Shown piece by piece: positions 49,948-59,686 of a stretch of DNA of 64,000 nt (the first letter of the stretch is position 1; every line of letters starts with the position of its first letter). The position numbers and the translations under genes are program-made. This DNA comes from Desulfurococcaceae archaeon (GTDB lineage: Archaea > Thermoproteota > Thermoprotei_A > Sulfolobales > Desulfurococcaceae), in the NCBI GenBank assembly GCA_038888155.1, contig JAWAJB010000002.1, forward strand, positions 242,331 through 306,330, in the 5' to 3' direction. Below the pieces are notes generated by a model that saw only the letters and a list, made by a program, of their open reading frames with translations, did not search any database and had not been told where the DNA came from.

Positions 49948-51075
49948 CTACCAGATTAAGAATAAAAATATCCCTGCAACTACTGCTGCGCCAATCCCGC
50001 CTGCTACGTTAGGGCCCATAGAGTGCATTAACAGGAAGTTCTCCGGGTCTTCCTCGCTTGCTAATCTTTGGGCAATACGAGCGCTCATTGGTACTGCGCT
50101 CACTCCTGCAGCACCGACCAATGGATTGATCTTTTCTTTTAAGAATAGATTTAACAACTTCACGAACAAAATTCCAGACGCTGTAGACGTTGCGAACGCT
50201 AGCGCTCCTAGACCTGCAACTATTAAAGTGGCAGGCTGAAGAAAGGTTTCGGCTCTCAACATACTGCCTATTCCAAGTCCGAGCAATATTATACAGATGT
50301 TCATTAGCTCCTCGGTCATAGTCCTAACTAATCTTTCTACTACTTTCGACTCCCTAAATATATTTCCTACCATAAGTAGACCCACAAGAGGGGTTGCATG
50401 GGGTACTAGTATTCCCACTAGTATCAGTGTAATTATTGCAAAAAGAATTTTCTCGAGTCTTCCTATACAACGAAGTTGCTTCATACGAATTCGCCGCTCC
50501 TCTTTACTAGTTAACGCCTTAATTATAGGAGGCTGTATTAACGGAACTAAGGCCATATATGAATACGCGGCAACTGCAATTGCAGCTAGTAAGTTTGGTG
50601 CAAATTTGACCGACAAGTAGATTGTTACAGGACCAGTGGCTCCTCCAATTATTCCAATTGAGGCGGCCTCGCGAAGATTGAACCCAATAAATGTAGCTGC
50701 AACGAACGCTATGAAAATTCCCATTTGTGTAGCTGCCCCGACTAGTAGTGAGATTGGGTTTGCGATTAATGGACCAAAGTCAATCATTGCTCCTAGACAG
50801 AAGAATATCAAAAGAGGAATGACCTCTGTATCTATAAGGTACGTTCTTATAAGGTAAAGTAGCCCATGAGGTGGCTCTACAAGAAATGGTGCAGGTAGAT
50901 TAACTAGGATGGTAGTAATACCAAGTGGCAGTAAAACTAGTGGTTCGTACTCTTTTTTAATTGCTAGGTAAATAAATAGCGATCCTACACCCATCATCAA
51001 TATATTCCCGGGAGATAGATCAAAAGTTTGTGAGATTTTGCCCAATGAGCCAACAATATCCACGTGGATCACCAA
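49948..51075 (-). CDS. oadB: Na+-translocating decarboxylase beta subunit (atypical motif)
   Basis: YEPLVLLP, GAMIDFGP, AAYSYMALVPLIQPP, KINPLVGAAGVSAVPMSAR, MGPNVAG. Confidence 0.92.
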   Translation of the reverse strand: MVIHVDIVGSLGKISQTFDLSPGNILMMGVGSLFIYLAIKKEYEPLVLLPLGITTILVNLPAPFLVEPPHGLLYLIRTYLIDTEVIPLLIFFCLGAMIDFGPLIANPISLLVGAATQMGIFIAFVAATFIGFNLREAASIGIIGGATGPVTIYLSVKFAPNLLAAIAVAAYSYMALVPLIQPPIIKALTSKEERRIRMKQLRCIGRLEKILFAIITLILVGILVPHATPLVGLLMVGNIFRESKVVERLVRTMTEELMNICIILLGLGIGSMLRAETFLQPATLIVAGLGALAFATSTASGILFVKLLNLFLKEKINPLVGAAGVSAVPMSARIAQRLASEEDPENFLLMHSMGPNVAGGIGAAVVAGIFLFLIW

Positions 51076-51079
51076 TACC

Positions 51080-52810
51080 TCAATCTATAACTGCCAGGGG
51101 CTGTTCGGACTCAACTCGATCACCTGTTCTAACGAGCATTTGTGTTATTTTGGCGTCCTTGGGCGCATGTATGTCGATATTCATTTTCATTGACTCAAGA
51201 GTTAGTAGCTTCTGGCCTTTGTTAACTTTCTGACCGGGCTCCACGTAAATTCTAACTACCTTACCTGCAATAGGAGCCCTCAGCACTTCGCCCCTGATTT
51301 CTTCGCGCTTTGAATATTCTACACGTTGTGGTAGTGGAGCTGACGTTGGGGGAACCATGACCATCGAGATGGCCTTTAAATCGATGGCTTCAACTCCAAC
51401 CTTAAATTGCTTGCCATTTATTAGCACCGTTACTACTTTTTCATACGGCCAAGATTGCCTTAGTTCTTGGAGTTGGCCCTTTCTCCTCAACTCGAAGAAC
51501 TCTTTTGCCACCTCGGGAAAAAGACAGTAAGTTATTATGTCCTCATCCTTTGTATAGTAGTTCCTGGATTCTACCTCTTTAGTACACTTTTCTATTCTTG
51601 GCTCAAGAAATTCAGCTGGACGCGCGCTAACCTCTTTCTCGTCTTTCAGCGCCAACTTTTTTAAGTCCTCTTTGATAGGGGCTGGAGGTTTTCCGTACAG
51701 TCCTTTGATATAGTCTACAACCTCGCGCGATATTGTTTTGTATCTACCAAACACAACGTTGAGCACTGCTTGAGTACCAACTATTTGTGACATGGGCGTA
51801 ACAAGCGGGGGCCAGCCTAGATCTTCGCGGACTTTTGGAACTTCAGCAAGAACCTGATCTAATTTGTCTAAAGCGTTCTGTTCTCGCAATTGGGCTATTA
51901 GATTGGAGAGCATTCCCCCAGGAATTTGATGCATTAAGACGTCAGGATCGACAGTTAAGGCTCTCTGGTCTAGGAGGAAATTGTATTTTTCTTCCATTAT
52001 CGTATAAAGGTATTTAGATATTTGACTTATTGCCTTTAAGTTTACGCTAGGCCTTTTAGATAACGGTAAAGTATAATAAAGCGTTTGTATTCCTGGTTGG
52101 GCTGTCCCAAACGCTAGCGGGCTGATTGATGTGTCAATGTATTCAGCCCCTGCTTCTATCGCTTTTAGGTAAGTTGCAACTGCCATACCACTAGTTGAGT
52201 GAGTGTGTACGTTTACCGGCACGCCTAGCTTCTCTTTAATTGCCGTGACGAGTTTATATGCGCTATCGGGAGCCAACACTCCGGCCATATCTTTGATTGT
52301 AATAAAGTCTGCCTCTAGGGAGATTAACTCTTCGGCAAAATTCAAGTAGTATTCAATGGTATGAACGGGGCTAATAGTGTAGCTTATTGCACCTTGTACT
52401 ATTGCCCCAGCTCTTTTTGCCTCTTTTATGCTAACTTCTAAGTTTCGAATGTCGTTTAAAGCGTCGAAAACGCGAAATATATCTATGCCGTTCTTATGAG
52501 CAAACTCTATGAATTTCTTAACGACGTCGTCGGGATAATGGCGGTACCCCACAAGGTTTTGACCTCGCAACAGCATTTGAAGCTTGGTTTTACGTATTTG
52601 CTCCTTAAGGAGCTTAACTCTTTCCCACGGATCCTCGCGTAGGTATCTGAGAGCTACATCGAATGTTGCCCCGCCCCAAACCTCTAAGCTGTAAAAACCT
52701 GCTTCATCGAGAAGGCGTGCTATTGGAAGCATGTCGCATGTCTTAAGCCGAGTAGCTAGCAAGGACTGTTGTGCGTCTCGAAGCGTTGTGTCGATTATTT
52801 TAACCGACAT
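51080..52810 (-). CDS. oadA: Oxaloacetate decarboxylase alpha subunit (carboxyltransferase + biotinyl domain)
   Basis: DTTLRDAQQSLLATR, WGGATFD, MLLRGQN, IKDMAG, HTH, PGGMLSN, PLVTPMSQIVG, ESMKM biotin site. Confidence 0.92.
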   Translation of the reverse strand: MSVKIIDTTLRDAQQSLLATRLKTCDMLPIARLLDEAGFYSLEVWGGATFDVALRYLREDPWERVKLLKEQIRKTKLQMLLRGQNLVGYRHYPDDVVKKFIEFAHKNGIDIFRVFDALNDIRNLEVSIKEAKRAGAIVQGAISYTISPVHTIEYYLNFAEELISLEADFITIKDMAGVLAPDSAYKLVTAIKEKLGVPVNVHTHSTSGMAVATYLKAIEAGAEYIDTSISPLAFGTAQPGIQTLYYTLPLSKRPSVNLKAISQISKYLYTIMEEKYNFLLDQRALTVDPDVLMHQIPGGMLSNLIAQLREQNALDKLDQVLAEVPKVREDLGWPPLVTPMSQIVGTQAVLNVVFGRYKTISREVVDYIKGLYGKPPAPIKEDLKKLALKDEKEVSARPAEFLEPRIEKCTKEVESRNYYTKDEDIITYCLFPEVAKEFFELRRKGQLQELRQSWPYEKVVTVLINGKQFKVGVEAIDLKAISMVMVPPTSAPLPQRVEYSKREEIRGEVLRAPIAGKVVRIYVEPGQKVNKGQKLLTLESMKMNIDIHAPKDAKITQMLVRTGDRVESEQPLAVID

Positions 52811-53051
52811 TTAACCCCCTCCACAAGTTGAAGCGCAAAGGCCATCATTCTATAAGATGTAATTCCAATCCTCAGATAAAAATTTAGAGTTAAAGCGCTG
52901 TAAAATTACATGATATAGGATTGAATGTCATTCTGCAAAATAGTTTGATATTCCTCTCGTAAATATCGAGTCATACAGATTATATAGGAGGTTGAACCAA
53001 TTACGGTTCTTCCACCTCGGAAATATTATAACTAAAATCAATCGCTTGGTA

Positions 53052-53726
53052 CTAGGTCTCTACAAGTTCCCTTATAACGCTAGCCAAAAGAGTTCTAGGG
53101 AGTATAACGGGCTTTCCAGTTATCTCGCTAACGATTTTCTTAGATCTTTTGTTGTAACCCATACAATCGAGTACTATTAAGTCTCTATCTCTCATCTTCA
53201 TAGCTACCTCTCTAATGCAGCCTTCACCACCAGTGTAAGGAGATACGGACATAACTTGTATGTCAGACGCAACAGATTCCCATTTTTTATGCATTTTTCT
53301 TATTTGCGCAGGGTCTGGAACAAATACGCCGAGCTTGGTTAGCCCAATTGATTTAACTATGTTAATTAATAGCAATGAGGGCTCTATGAGCGGTTTAGCT
53401 GAAGATAGGTTTGGAAATTCTCCTGTACACAGCAATCCAATAGCCTCGACTTCTCTCTCTAAAGTTTTAATACACGATTGAATGAATGGTATTATTCTGT
53501 TTGCAGAGACTTTGACTTCCTTCCCATCTCTAAGTCGTGTGACAAGCAGGTCTTCCTTGTCGCCTGGGGCTAGTGCATTTATCTCCTCTATCGTTAACTT
53601 ATCGAGTGCTCCGCATTCCGCAATTTCAACATTGCTTCCGAGGATGTCCTTGATCTCAGTTACTATATCTGCTCTAGGAGATTGTCCTATTGTGATGAAT
53701 CCTACTTTTTTCAACGTGTCCACCAT
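53052..53726 (-). CDS. AroM family protein
   Basis: TIGQSPRAD, LVTRLRDG, LLCTGEF, SPY, LDCMGY. Confidence 0.88.
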   Translation of the reverse strand: MVDTLKKVGFITIGQSPRADIVTEIKDILGSNVEIAECGALDKLTIEEINALAPGDKEDLLVTRLRDGKEVKVSANRIIPFIQSCIKTLEREVEAIGLLCTGEFPNLSSAKPLIEPSLLLINIVKSIGLTKLGVFVPDPAQIRKMHKKWESVASDIQVMSVSPYTGGEGCIREVAMKMRDRDLIVLDCMGYNKRSKKIVSEITGKPVILPRTLLASVIRELVET

Positions 53727-53794
53727 GTCTACTAAAAGCTAACTTGGATTTAAAATCTATGCTCTAAGAAATACATTTTGCTACTTGAAGCGAT

Positions 53795-54751
53795 CTAATG
53801 CGATAATCGATGGGGTATACCTTTAAGGAATAAATGAGATACCGGACCGTGGGATTTGATTAAAGCCTCCCACTCTTCAGGATCAAAGAATTCGGCCCTT
53901 CCAGTAGTGAAATCTTTCGCGACTTCAGCAACGAACCTTGTCGCCTGCTCGAGAGGTATAAAGTTAGTTACACCCGTAGCTGAGCCGGGCAAAGCCAGCT
54001 TAGCTGTTATAGCTACACCAACGACAGGTGCGCTTGTGTAAAGCCATGGCTGCATCATACTGTTAATGTGATAGACGGGAGTAGAAAATGGGGTTATGTC
54101 TTGCATCGTTATCGGTACTACTACTGGAGGCTCCCCAGTTACTCGCACAAATATGTCTATGAGATCTGGACTTACCTTCAATATCCAACCCTCTTTAACT
54201 GTTGGAGTTATGGCAAAGCCTGTGTGCTTGATGACCCAGTTAGCTTTCGTTGCATCTACTGAAAGAATGGCATCAGCATCTGTCGGCACTTCCCTGGACA
54301 GGAGGGCATATATATCTATAGGCGACTCCATCATAGCAACCGGTTTATAGGGTTTAGTGGGGGCATTAGGGCATATGTGTGTCGTTATGACCACATCTCC
54401 CGGAAGGGCGTCACCTTTTTTCTTTAGCTCAGATAATTTATAAGCCACTGATAGAGCAACAATCGCCCCATCGGCGTCTGAGACCATACCAATGTAAGTT
54501 GGCCTTGCCCCAATACCACCAAGCCTGCCTATTACTCCAAGCGTTGGAGAATTGCCTCCGTGGCTCTTGCCTCTAGTTCCTGGGATCCTTAGCTCAATGA
54601 AGTCTGTTGATCCTCTTTCACTAGTTAGAGTTTCTAGTTTTATCTGAACATCTAAGCTACGTTCTTCGAAGAATTTTTTAACTGAGGATCCACACACCTT
54701 TGGATCTTCGAGGAGGTCTATTACCTCAATTACGTGCCTAATTGTCGACAT
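53795..54751 (-). CDS. DUF1177 family protein
   Basis: GSTDFI, TLGVIGRLGGIGARP, VSDADGA, TTHICPNAPT, HINS; ATG 54751 preferred. Confidence 0.85.
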   Translation of the reverse strand: MSTIRHVIEVIDLLEDPKVCGSSVKKFFEERSLDVQIKLETLTSERGSTDFIELRIPGTRGKSHGGNSPTLGVIGRLGGIGARPTYIGMVSDADGAIVALSVAYKLSELKKKGDALPGDVVITTHICPNAPTKPYKPVAMMESPIDIYALLSREVPTDADAILSVDATKANWVIKHTGFAITPTVKEGWILKVSPDLIDIFVRVTGEPPVVVPITMQDITPFSTPVYHINSMMQPWLYTSAPVVGVAITAKLALPGSATGVTNFIPLEQATRFVAEVAKDFTTGRAEFFDPEEWEALIKSHGPVSHLFLKGIPHRLSH

Positions 54752-54975
54752 TTTTTCATCCAAATTAATTTCAGGCAAATTAATCAATAGTATTGCCCAG
54801 AAATAAAAGCTTTAACTTTAGGAAATTCGTAAAAGTAGCTATTTTCAGGAAGACATTACTAACAAACATTTTTTATATTAATACAGGTAAAGTTAAATAT
54901 AACTCTGCCCTAGAATCTCCACTGTGAACGTGTCCGTAAAAATATCGAGAAGCGGTTGCAGGATGGGTTGAAATT

Positions 54976-56763
54976 ATGTTACTCAGACGTAAAATGGATA
55001 AGTTGAAAATCAAAAGTATAATAAATACAGCTAAAGGGCTTGAGAGTCCTGACGTTGCGATATTGAATGGCTCCGTAGTAGACGTGACGACAGGAAAGAT
55101 ATTTAAGGCAAATGTCTACCTCAAAGAAGACAGAGTAGCATTTGTATCAGAAGACAAATACGATGTGTCCGGAGACAATACACTTGTTATAGACGCTTCT
55201 AACATGTACGTAGCACCAGGCTTTATAGATTCTCATGCCCATATAGAGAGTTCTCTTATGATTCCATCACTATTTGGTTATCTACTATTAAAAGAGGGGA
55301 CAACAACAAGCATCGTTGATCCACACGAGGTTGCAAATGTAGCAGGGATTGATGCAATAAAAGCCATGTTGAGCGACATGGAGATCTCCCCAATAAAATT
55401 CATTATTCAGGTTCCAACATGCGTCCCTCCAGAGCCTGAATTGGAGACATCAGGGGATGTGCTCAACGCCTTAAAAGTGAAGGAGTTGGTTGAAGAGCTA
55501 ATGAGTTCTAGTGTTTTTGCTGGACTAGGGGAGGTAATGAGCTACAAGAAGATATTAGAACATGACGTTGACTTATCAGAGAAGCTTAAAGAGGCCTATG
55601 AAATGGGCTTAGTCATAGATGGGCATTCTGCGGACATAGTTGGACAAGAGTTGCAGGCTTATGCTGCGTCGAAAATTTCAACAGATCATTGCGCAAGAAA
55701 GGGAGAAGAAATAATAGAGAGATTGCGTTCAGGGTTATACGTACAAATACAGAGAAGAAGGGGTGAGAGTGACTTTCAAAAAATAGTTAGCACACTAAGA
55801 GAAATGCCTTCAGTTCAAAGAACGATGTGGTGTACAGATGATGCCGAAGCAGATGAAATATGGCTGGGCGAACACACAATAAGAAGTGTAGTTAAAGAGG
55901 CAATTGAACTATCTCTCGACCCCATTAAGGCCATTCAAATGGCAACAATTAACGTGGCCCAAGCATATAGGGTTGACTCAGAGATTGGGTTAATTGCCCC
56001 AGGACGATATGCCGACATACTGATCTTCAAGTCAATAGATAAAATGGATATCGACAGCGTTCTAATCAACGGCGCAGTAGTTTTTCGTAATGGAAAGTAC
56101 CTTATTGGCGCCCCCCAACCCCACACCGACCTAGAAAAATTTAAAGGAAATACATTATCCATTAGTATTAGCCTTGAGCCTGCGGATCTTGTACCCAAGG
56201 CCGAACCGAAAAGTGGATCTGCTGTTGTAAACATTCTAACGGTTGAAAGGACAGTTACAAGGGATATCCTACCCATTAATGAGGGTGTCGTTATGGCTGA
56301 CTCTCATCGGGATATTGCCTGGATATGCGTTATCAATAGGTATGGAAAGGGAGGGATTTCTAGGGGTTTCATTAAGGGTACAGGCATTAAGGCAGGAGCC
56401 TTTGCAAGCAGCGTCTCGCATGATACTCACAACATTGTTATTATTGGGACAGATATTAACGATATGTACAGGGGCTTCGTAGAAATTCAAAAGAGTGGTG
56501 GAGGAATGGTATTTGTTAATAACGGTATTGTGGAATCAGAGGTTGAGCTGCCTTACTTTGGGCTAATGTCCTCTGATCATACTTTACCAAAAAAACTATT
56601 AAACCTTAAGGAAAAGCTCTACGCACACGGAGTAAAGGTGCCCCTTAAAAAATTAATGTTCTTCACGCTAACAGTGGGGAGAGGGGGGTACGCGATTACT
56701 GACAAGGGGCTCGTTGACTATAAGGCTAAAAAGACTGTGCCTATAATTACAGGCTATGTATAA
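54976..56763 (+). CDS. Adenine deaminase family amidohydrolase (atypical)
   Basis: PGFIDSHAHIESS, DPHEVANV, GLGEVM, DGHS, CTDD, IAPGRYAD, SVSHDTHN, GLMS. Confidence 0.88.
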   Translation: MLLRRKMDKLKIKSIINTAKGLESPDVAILNGSVVDVTTGKIFKANVYLKEDRVAFVSEDKYDVSGDNTLVIDASNMYVAPGFIDSHAHIESSLMIPSLFGYLLLKEGTTTSIVDPHEVANVAGIDAIKAMLSDMEISPIKFIIQVPTCVPPEPELETSGDVLNALKVKELVEELMSSSVFAGLGEVMSYKKILEHDVDLSEKLKEAYEMGLVIDGHSADIVGQELQAYAASKISTDHCARKGEEIIERLRSGLYVQIQRRRGESDFQKIVSTLREMPSVQRTMWCTDDAEADEIWLGEHTIRSVVKEAIELSLDPIKAIQMATINVAQAYRVDSEIGLIAPGRYADILIFKSIDKMDIDSVLINGAVVFRNGKYLIGAPQPHTDLEKFKGNTLSISISLEPADLVPKAEPKSGSAVVNILTVERTVTRDILPINEGVVMADSHRDIAWICVINRYGKGGISRGFIKGTGIKAGAFASSVSHDTHNIVIIGTDINDMYRGFVEIQKSGGGMVFVNNGIVESEVELPYFGLMSSDHTLPKKLLNLKEKLYAHGVKVPLKKLMFFTLTVGRGGYAITDKGLVDYKAKKTVPIITGYV

Positions 56764-56785
56764 AAAGCTCAATAGGGGAAAGAAA

Positions 56786-57637
56786 ATGAAGGTCAAGAGC
56801 CTTCTTCAGGCAGACCATCTTGGATTACTCAAGGCACTTAATGAGGGGTCGTTGGATAAAGTACCCTCTAAGGCAATAGTGCACGGAAATCCAGATAGAG
56901 TAGAAGTGCATGCCTCTTACTTAAGGGAGCCAAGGTTAGTGGCAAAGAAAAGAGGGTTCGTTAGCTATTTGGGCTATTACAATGACGAACCAATATTGAT
57001 CACTTCTAGCGGGATGGGAGCCGGCTCTGCATCTATAGCATTTGAGGAGCTCGTTGAGCTTGGAGTAAAAGTTATTTTGAGAGTTGGTACATGCGGAGCA
57101 TATAGAGACTACATTAAGCCAGGCGATCTCATCGTTTCTACAGATGCCCTTTTAGAGAGCCCAGCATTGAGGTATATTTTCCCAGATTATCTTAGGAGAA
57201 GAAATTATACAGGGAATATAGATTGGCTTTACATTAAGGATGACTTCCTGTTCGTTAAAGGGTTTGAGGATATTTACACGTTAATTGGCAAATCGCTAGA
57301 AGAAGTTCTCAATGGTGCGGCATTCAAATGGCGATACAACCACCAGTATTACACTGGCTCAGTACACGACAAGGACATCTTGCATGCATGGAGAAGTACC
57401 TATAATCTAAATCCATTAGAAATGGAGGAGATGAAGGCCAAAGTACAAAAATACACGATCTCTACGGACATGGAGACTGGATCTCTACTCACAATTGCGC
57501 GGATTAGGGGGGTGCGTGCAGGTTCTATTCTCGTAGTAGTTGATTTTCACGCTGATAGTGAAACTTTGAAGAAGCAGGACGAAGCTATGCACGTGGCCTA
57601 CATTGCATCATTAAATACAATTGTAAAGCTTAGATAG
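56786..57637 (+). CDS. Nucleoside phosphorylase (uridine phosphorylase/PNP family)
   Basis: GNPDRV, GMGAGSASIAFEEL, RVGTCGA, DMETG; ATG 56786 preferred. Confidence 0.85.
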   Translation: MKVKSLLQADHLGLLKALNEGSLDKVPSKAIVHGNPDRVEVHASYLREPRLVAKKRGFVSYLGYYNDEPILITSSGMGAGSASIAFEELVELGVKVILRVGTCGAYRDYIKPGDLIVSTDALLESPALRYIFPDYLRRRNYTGNIDWLYIKDDFLFVKGFEDIYTLIGKSLEEVLNGAAFKWRYNHQYYTGSVHDKDILHAWRSTYNLNPLEMEEMKAKVQKYTISTDMETGSLLTIARIRGVRAGSILVVVDFHADSETLKKQDEAMHVAYIASLNTIVKLR

Positions 57638-57731
57638 CCTAATCTAAGTGCAATAAGACAAAAATATTTACCGAGGCACAACATATAAAAACCCCTCTCG
57701 AAGTATAGTTAATGCATTCAAGGGAATCGGC

Positions 57732-58874
57732 ATGAAGGTCAGTACTTTAATTGTTGTAGCTATTGTCATCGTAGTTATATTAGCTGTTGGTCTGTCATTC
57801 ATCTCGGCCCCCCCAGGAGCACCGCAAACAACAACGCCTCCTATAACGACGCCGACAACCCAGCCTACTAGTACACCAACCACGCCGCCAACAACTCCAC
57901 CTACAACTACACCCATTGAGAAGAGAAAGCTGTATGTTAGCCACTGGGGCTTTGGCTGGGATCTCATAAAAGAGTTGGTTGTGAAGCCCTTTGAAGAAAA
58001 ATATAACGTTGAGATTGTGTTGATTTCTGGTACAACGAGTGAGAGGTATACAAAGCTCACAAATAAAGTGGAGCCTATCCCCGATGTTGTCTTCTTCCCA
58101 GATTATTACACGTATATGGCGGCAGACAAAGGCTTTCTAATTAAAATAAACTTAAGCAAAATAAGCAACTACAACGATATTTATCCATTTATTAGAAACC
58201 AGCTCCCCGAGTACGTTAAGTACTATGGGGTTCCTCACACCATACAGGACTTGGGAATAGCCTATAGATCCGACCTACACCCGCCTGTGACTTCATGGAG
58301 GGACATCTGGAGGGACGATTTCAAGGGAAAAATAATCTGGCCGGTTATGACAGCTACCTCGGGACCAATGGCCTTAGTAATGACAAGCTTGGCCTACACC
58401 GGAGAGTTGTACAACGTAGAGGCAGCTTTTAACTATCTTGTAGACCTAAAGCCTTACATTGTAGCCTATTACACGAGATCTGGAGATCCACAGCTCTACA
58501 TGGAGCGCGGAGAGGCAGAACTTACGCCTGTACTTAGGTATAACTGGGGCCCACTCAAGAACCTAACTCTACCAATCGGGATTGTGTGTCCAAACGAGGG
58601 GTCTGTTTTTGTGTTAAATATGATATCGATCGTAAATGGTACCAGCAACGCTGATTTAGCTTACGAGTTCATAAACCACTGGATAAGCGAGGAATCGCAG
58701 CGCAGGCTGGCGGAATCTCTTGTAGATGCCCCTATAAATAGCAAAGTATTACTACCCGCCGGTCATCCATTTGATATATCATGTGTCTACAGTAAGCCAA
58801 TATATTTAGATCCTAAGATATTGGCTGAAAACCTTGGGGAATGGGTTGAAAAATGGAGAAATCTCATGGGTTAA
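57732..58874 (+). CDS. ABC substrate-binding protein (PotD/TbpA-like)
   Basis: N-terminal TM + Thr/Pro linker, WG, KPFEEKYNV, SWRDIW, PNEG, AYEFIN. Confidence 0.88.
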   Translation: MKVSTLIVVAIVIVVILAVGLSFISAPPGAPQTTTPPITTPTTQPTSTPTTPPTTPPTTTPIEKRKLYVSHWGFGWDLIKELVVKPFEEKYNVEIVLISGTTSERYTKLTNKVEPIPDVVFFPDYYTYMAADKGFLIKINLSKISNYNDIYPFIRNQLPEYVKYYGVPHTIQDLGIAYRSDLHPPVTSWRDIWRDDFKGKIIWPVMTATSGPMALVMTSLAYTGELYNVEAAFNYLVDLKPYIVAYYTRSGDPQLYMERGEAELTPVLRYNWGPLKNLTLPIGIVCPNEGSVFVLNMISIVNGTSNADLAYEFINHWISEESQRRLAESLVDAPINSKVLLPAGHPFDISCVYSKPIYLDPKILAENLGEWVEKWRNLMG

Positions 58875-59686
58875 CGCGCTCTAAATTATCTGTTTTTTTA
58901 CTTTTAGTACCATCTTTGGGCCTTCTATTACTTGTACTTGTAGGCTCTATTGTTGCCACATTTACAATCTCATTCAACGAAATCACAGCTAAGCTCATTC
59001 AAGTTGTTGCTTCTAGGTACTTTATAACAGCTTACGTGACAACTATAAAAGTGGGATTTACAGTTGTGATCCTTACTGCTATCCTTAGCTATCCACTGGC
59101 TATCTATGGAAGATTTAAATCGCCAAGAATAAAGGGTTTCTTTGACGTAATAGTTTTCTTGCCTTTAATGGTTAATCCATTGATAAGGGCATTTGGCTGG
59201 ATGATCATACTCGGCAAGGAGGGTTTGCTGAATTCCCTTCTGGTTAAGTTTAACATAATATCAGAGCCTGTAAGAATTCTTTATTCTGATGTAGCTGTTG
59301 AGTTGGGGCTCACAGAGTTGTTCTTACCTTTTATGTATTTGGCGATTTCCAGTGCTCTTGAGAATATTCCGGAAGAATATATCATGGCGGCTCAATCACT
59401 AGGAGCGGGGACGCTTAGGACCTTCCTTGACATTGTTTTTCCTCTTTCAATAGCCGGCTTTATAACAGGAACAGCTATTGTGATGGCTGGTTGCGCTGCG
59501 GCATTTGTAACTCCTTCAATACTTGGGGGTCTACGAGTTAAGACGTTGAGCGTTCTGCTCAGAGAATATGTAGATATACTACCAGACTGGACAGCTGCCA
59601 CAATCATAGCCCTCACTATACTTGGAACTGTTACTCTCGTAATAGTTGGGCTCAACTTAGTCAAAAGGGTGATCGCTAGGTGGTAA
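58853..59686 (+). CDS. ABC permease (PotB-like)
   Basis: YPLA, RAFGW, GLLN, AAQSLGA, FVTPSILGG. Confidence 0.9.
   Translation: MEKSHGLTRSKLSVFLLLVPSLGLLLLVLVGSIVATFTISFNEITAKLIQVVASRYFITAYVTTIKVGFTVVILTAILSYPLAIYGRFKSPRIKGFFDVIVFLPLMVNPLIRAFGWMIILGKEGLLNSLLVKFNIISEPVRILYSDVAVELGLTELFLPFMYLAISSALENIPEEYIMAAQSLGAGTLRTFLDIVFPLSIAGFITGTAIVMAGCAAAFVTPSILGGLRVKTLSVLLREYVDILPDWTAATIIALTILGTVTLVIVGLNLVKRVIARW

Noticed and set aside
57815-57915. ACAAC/CCAC-rich quasi-repeats (also about 40300-40345)
   Set aside because: They encode ordinary Thr/Pro linkers of archaeal substrate-binding proteins, not DNA repeat elements
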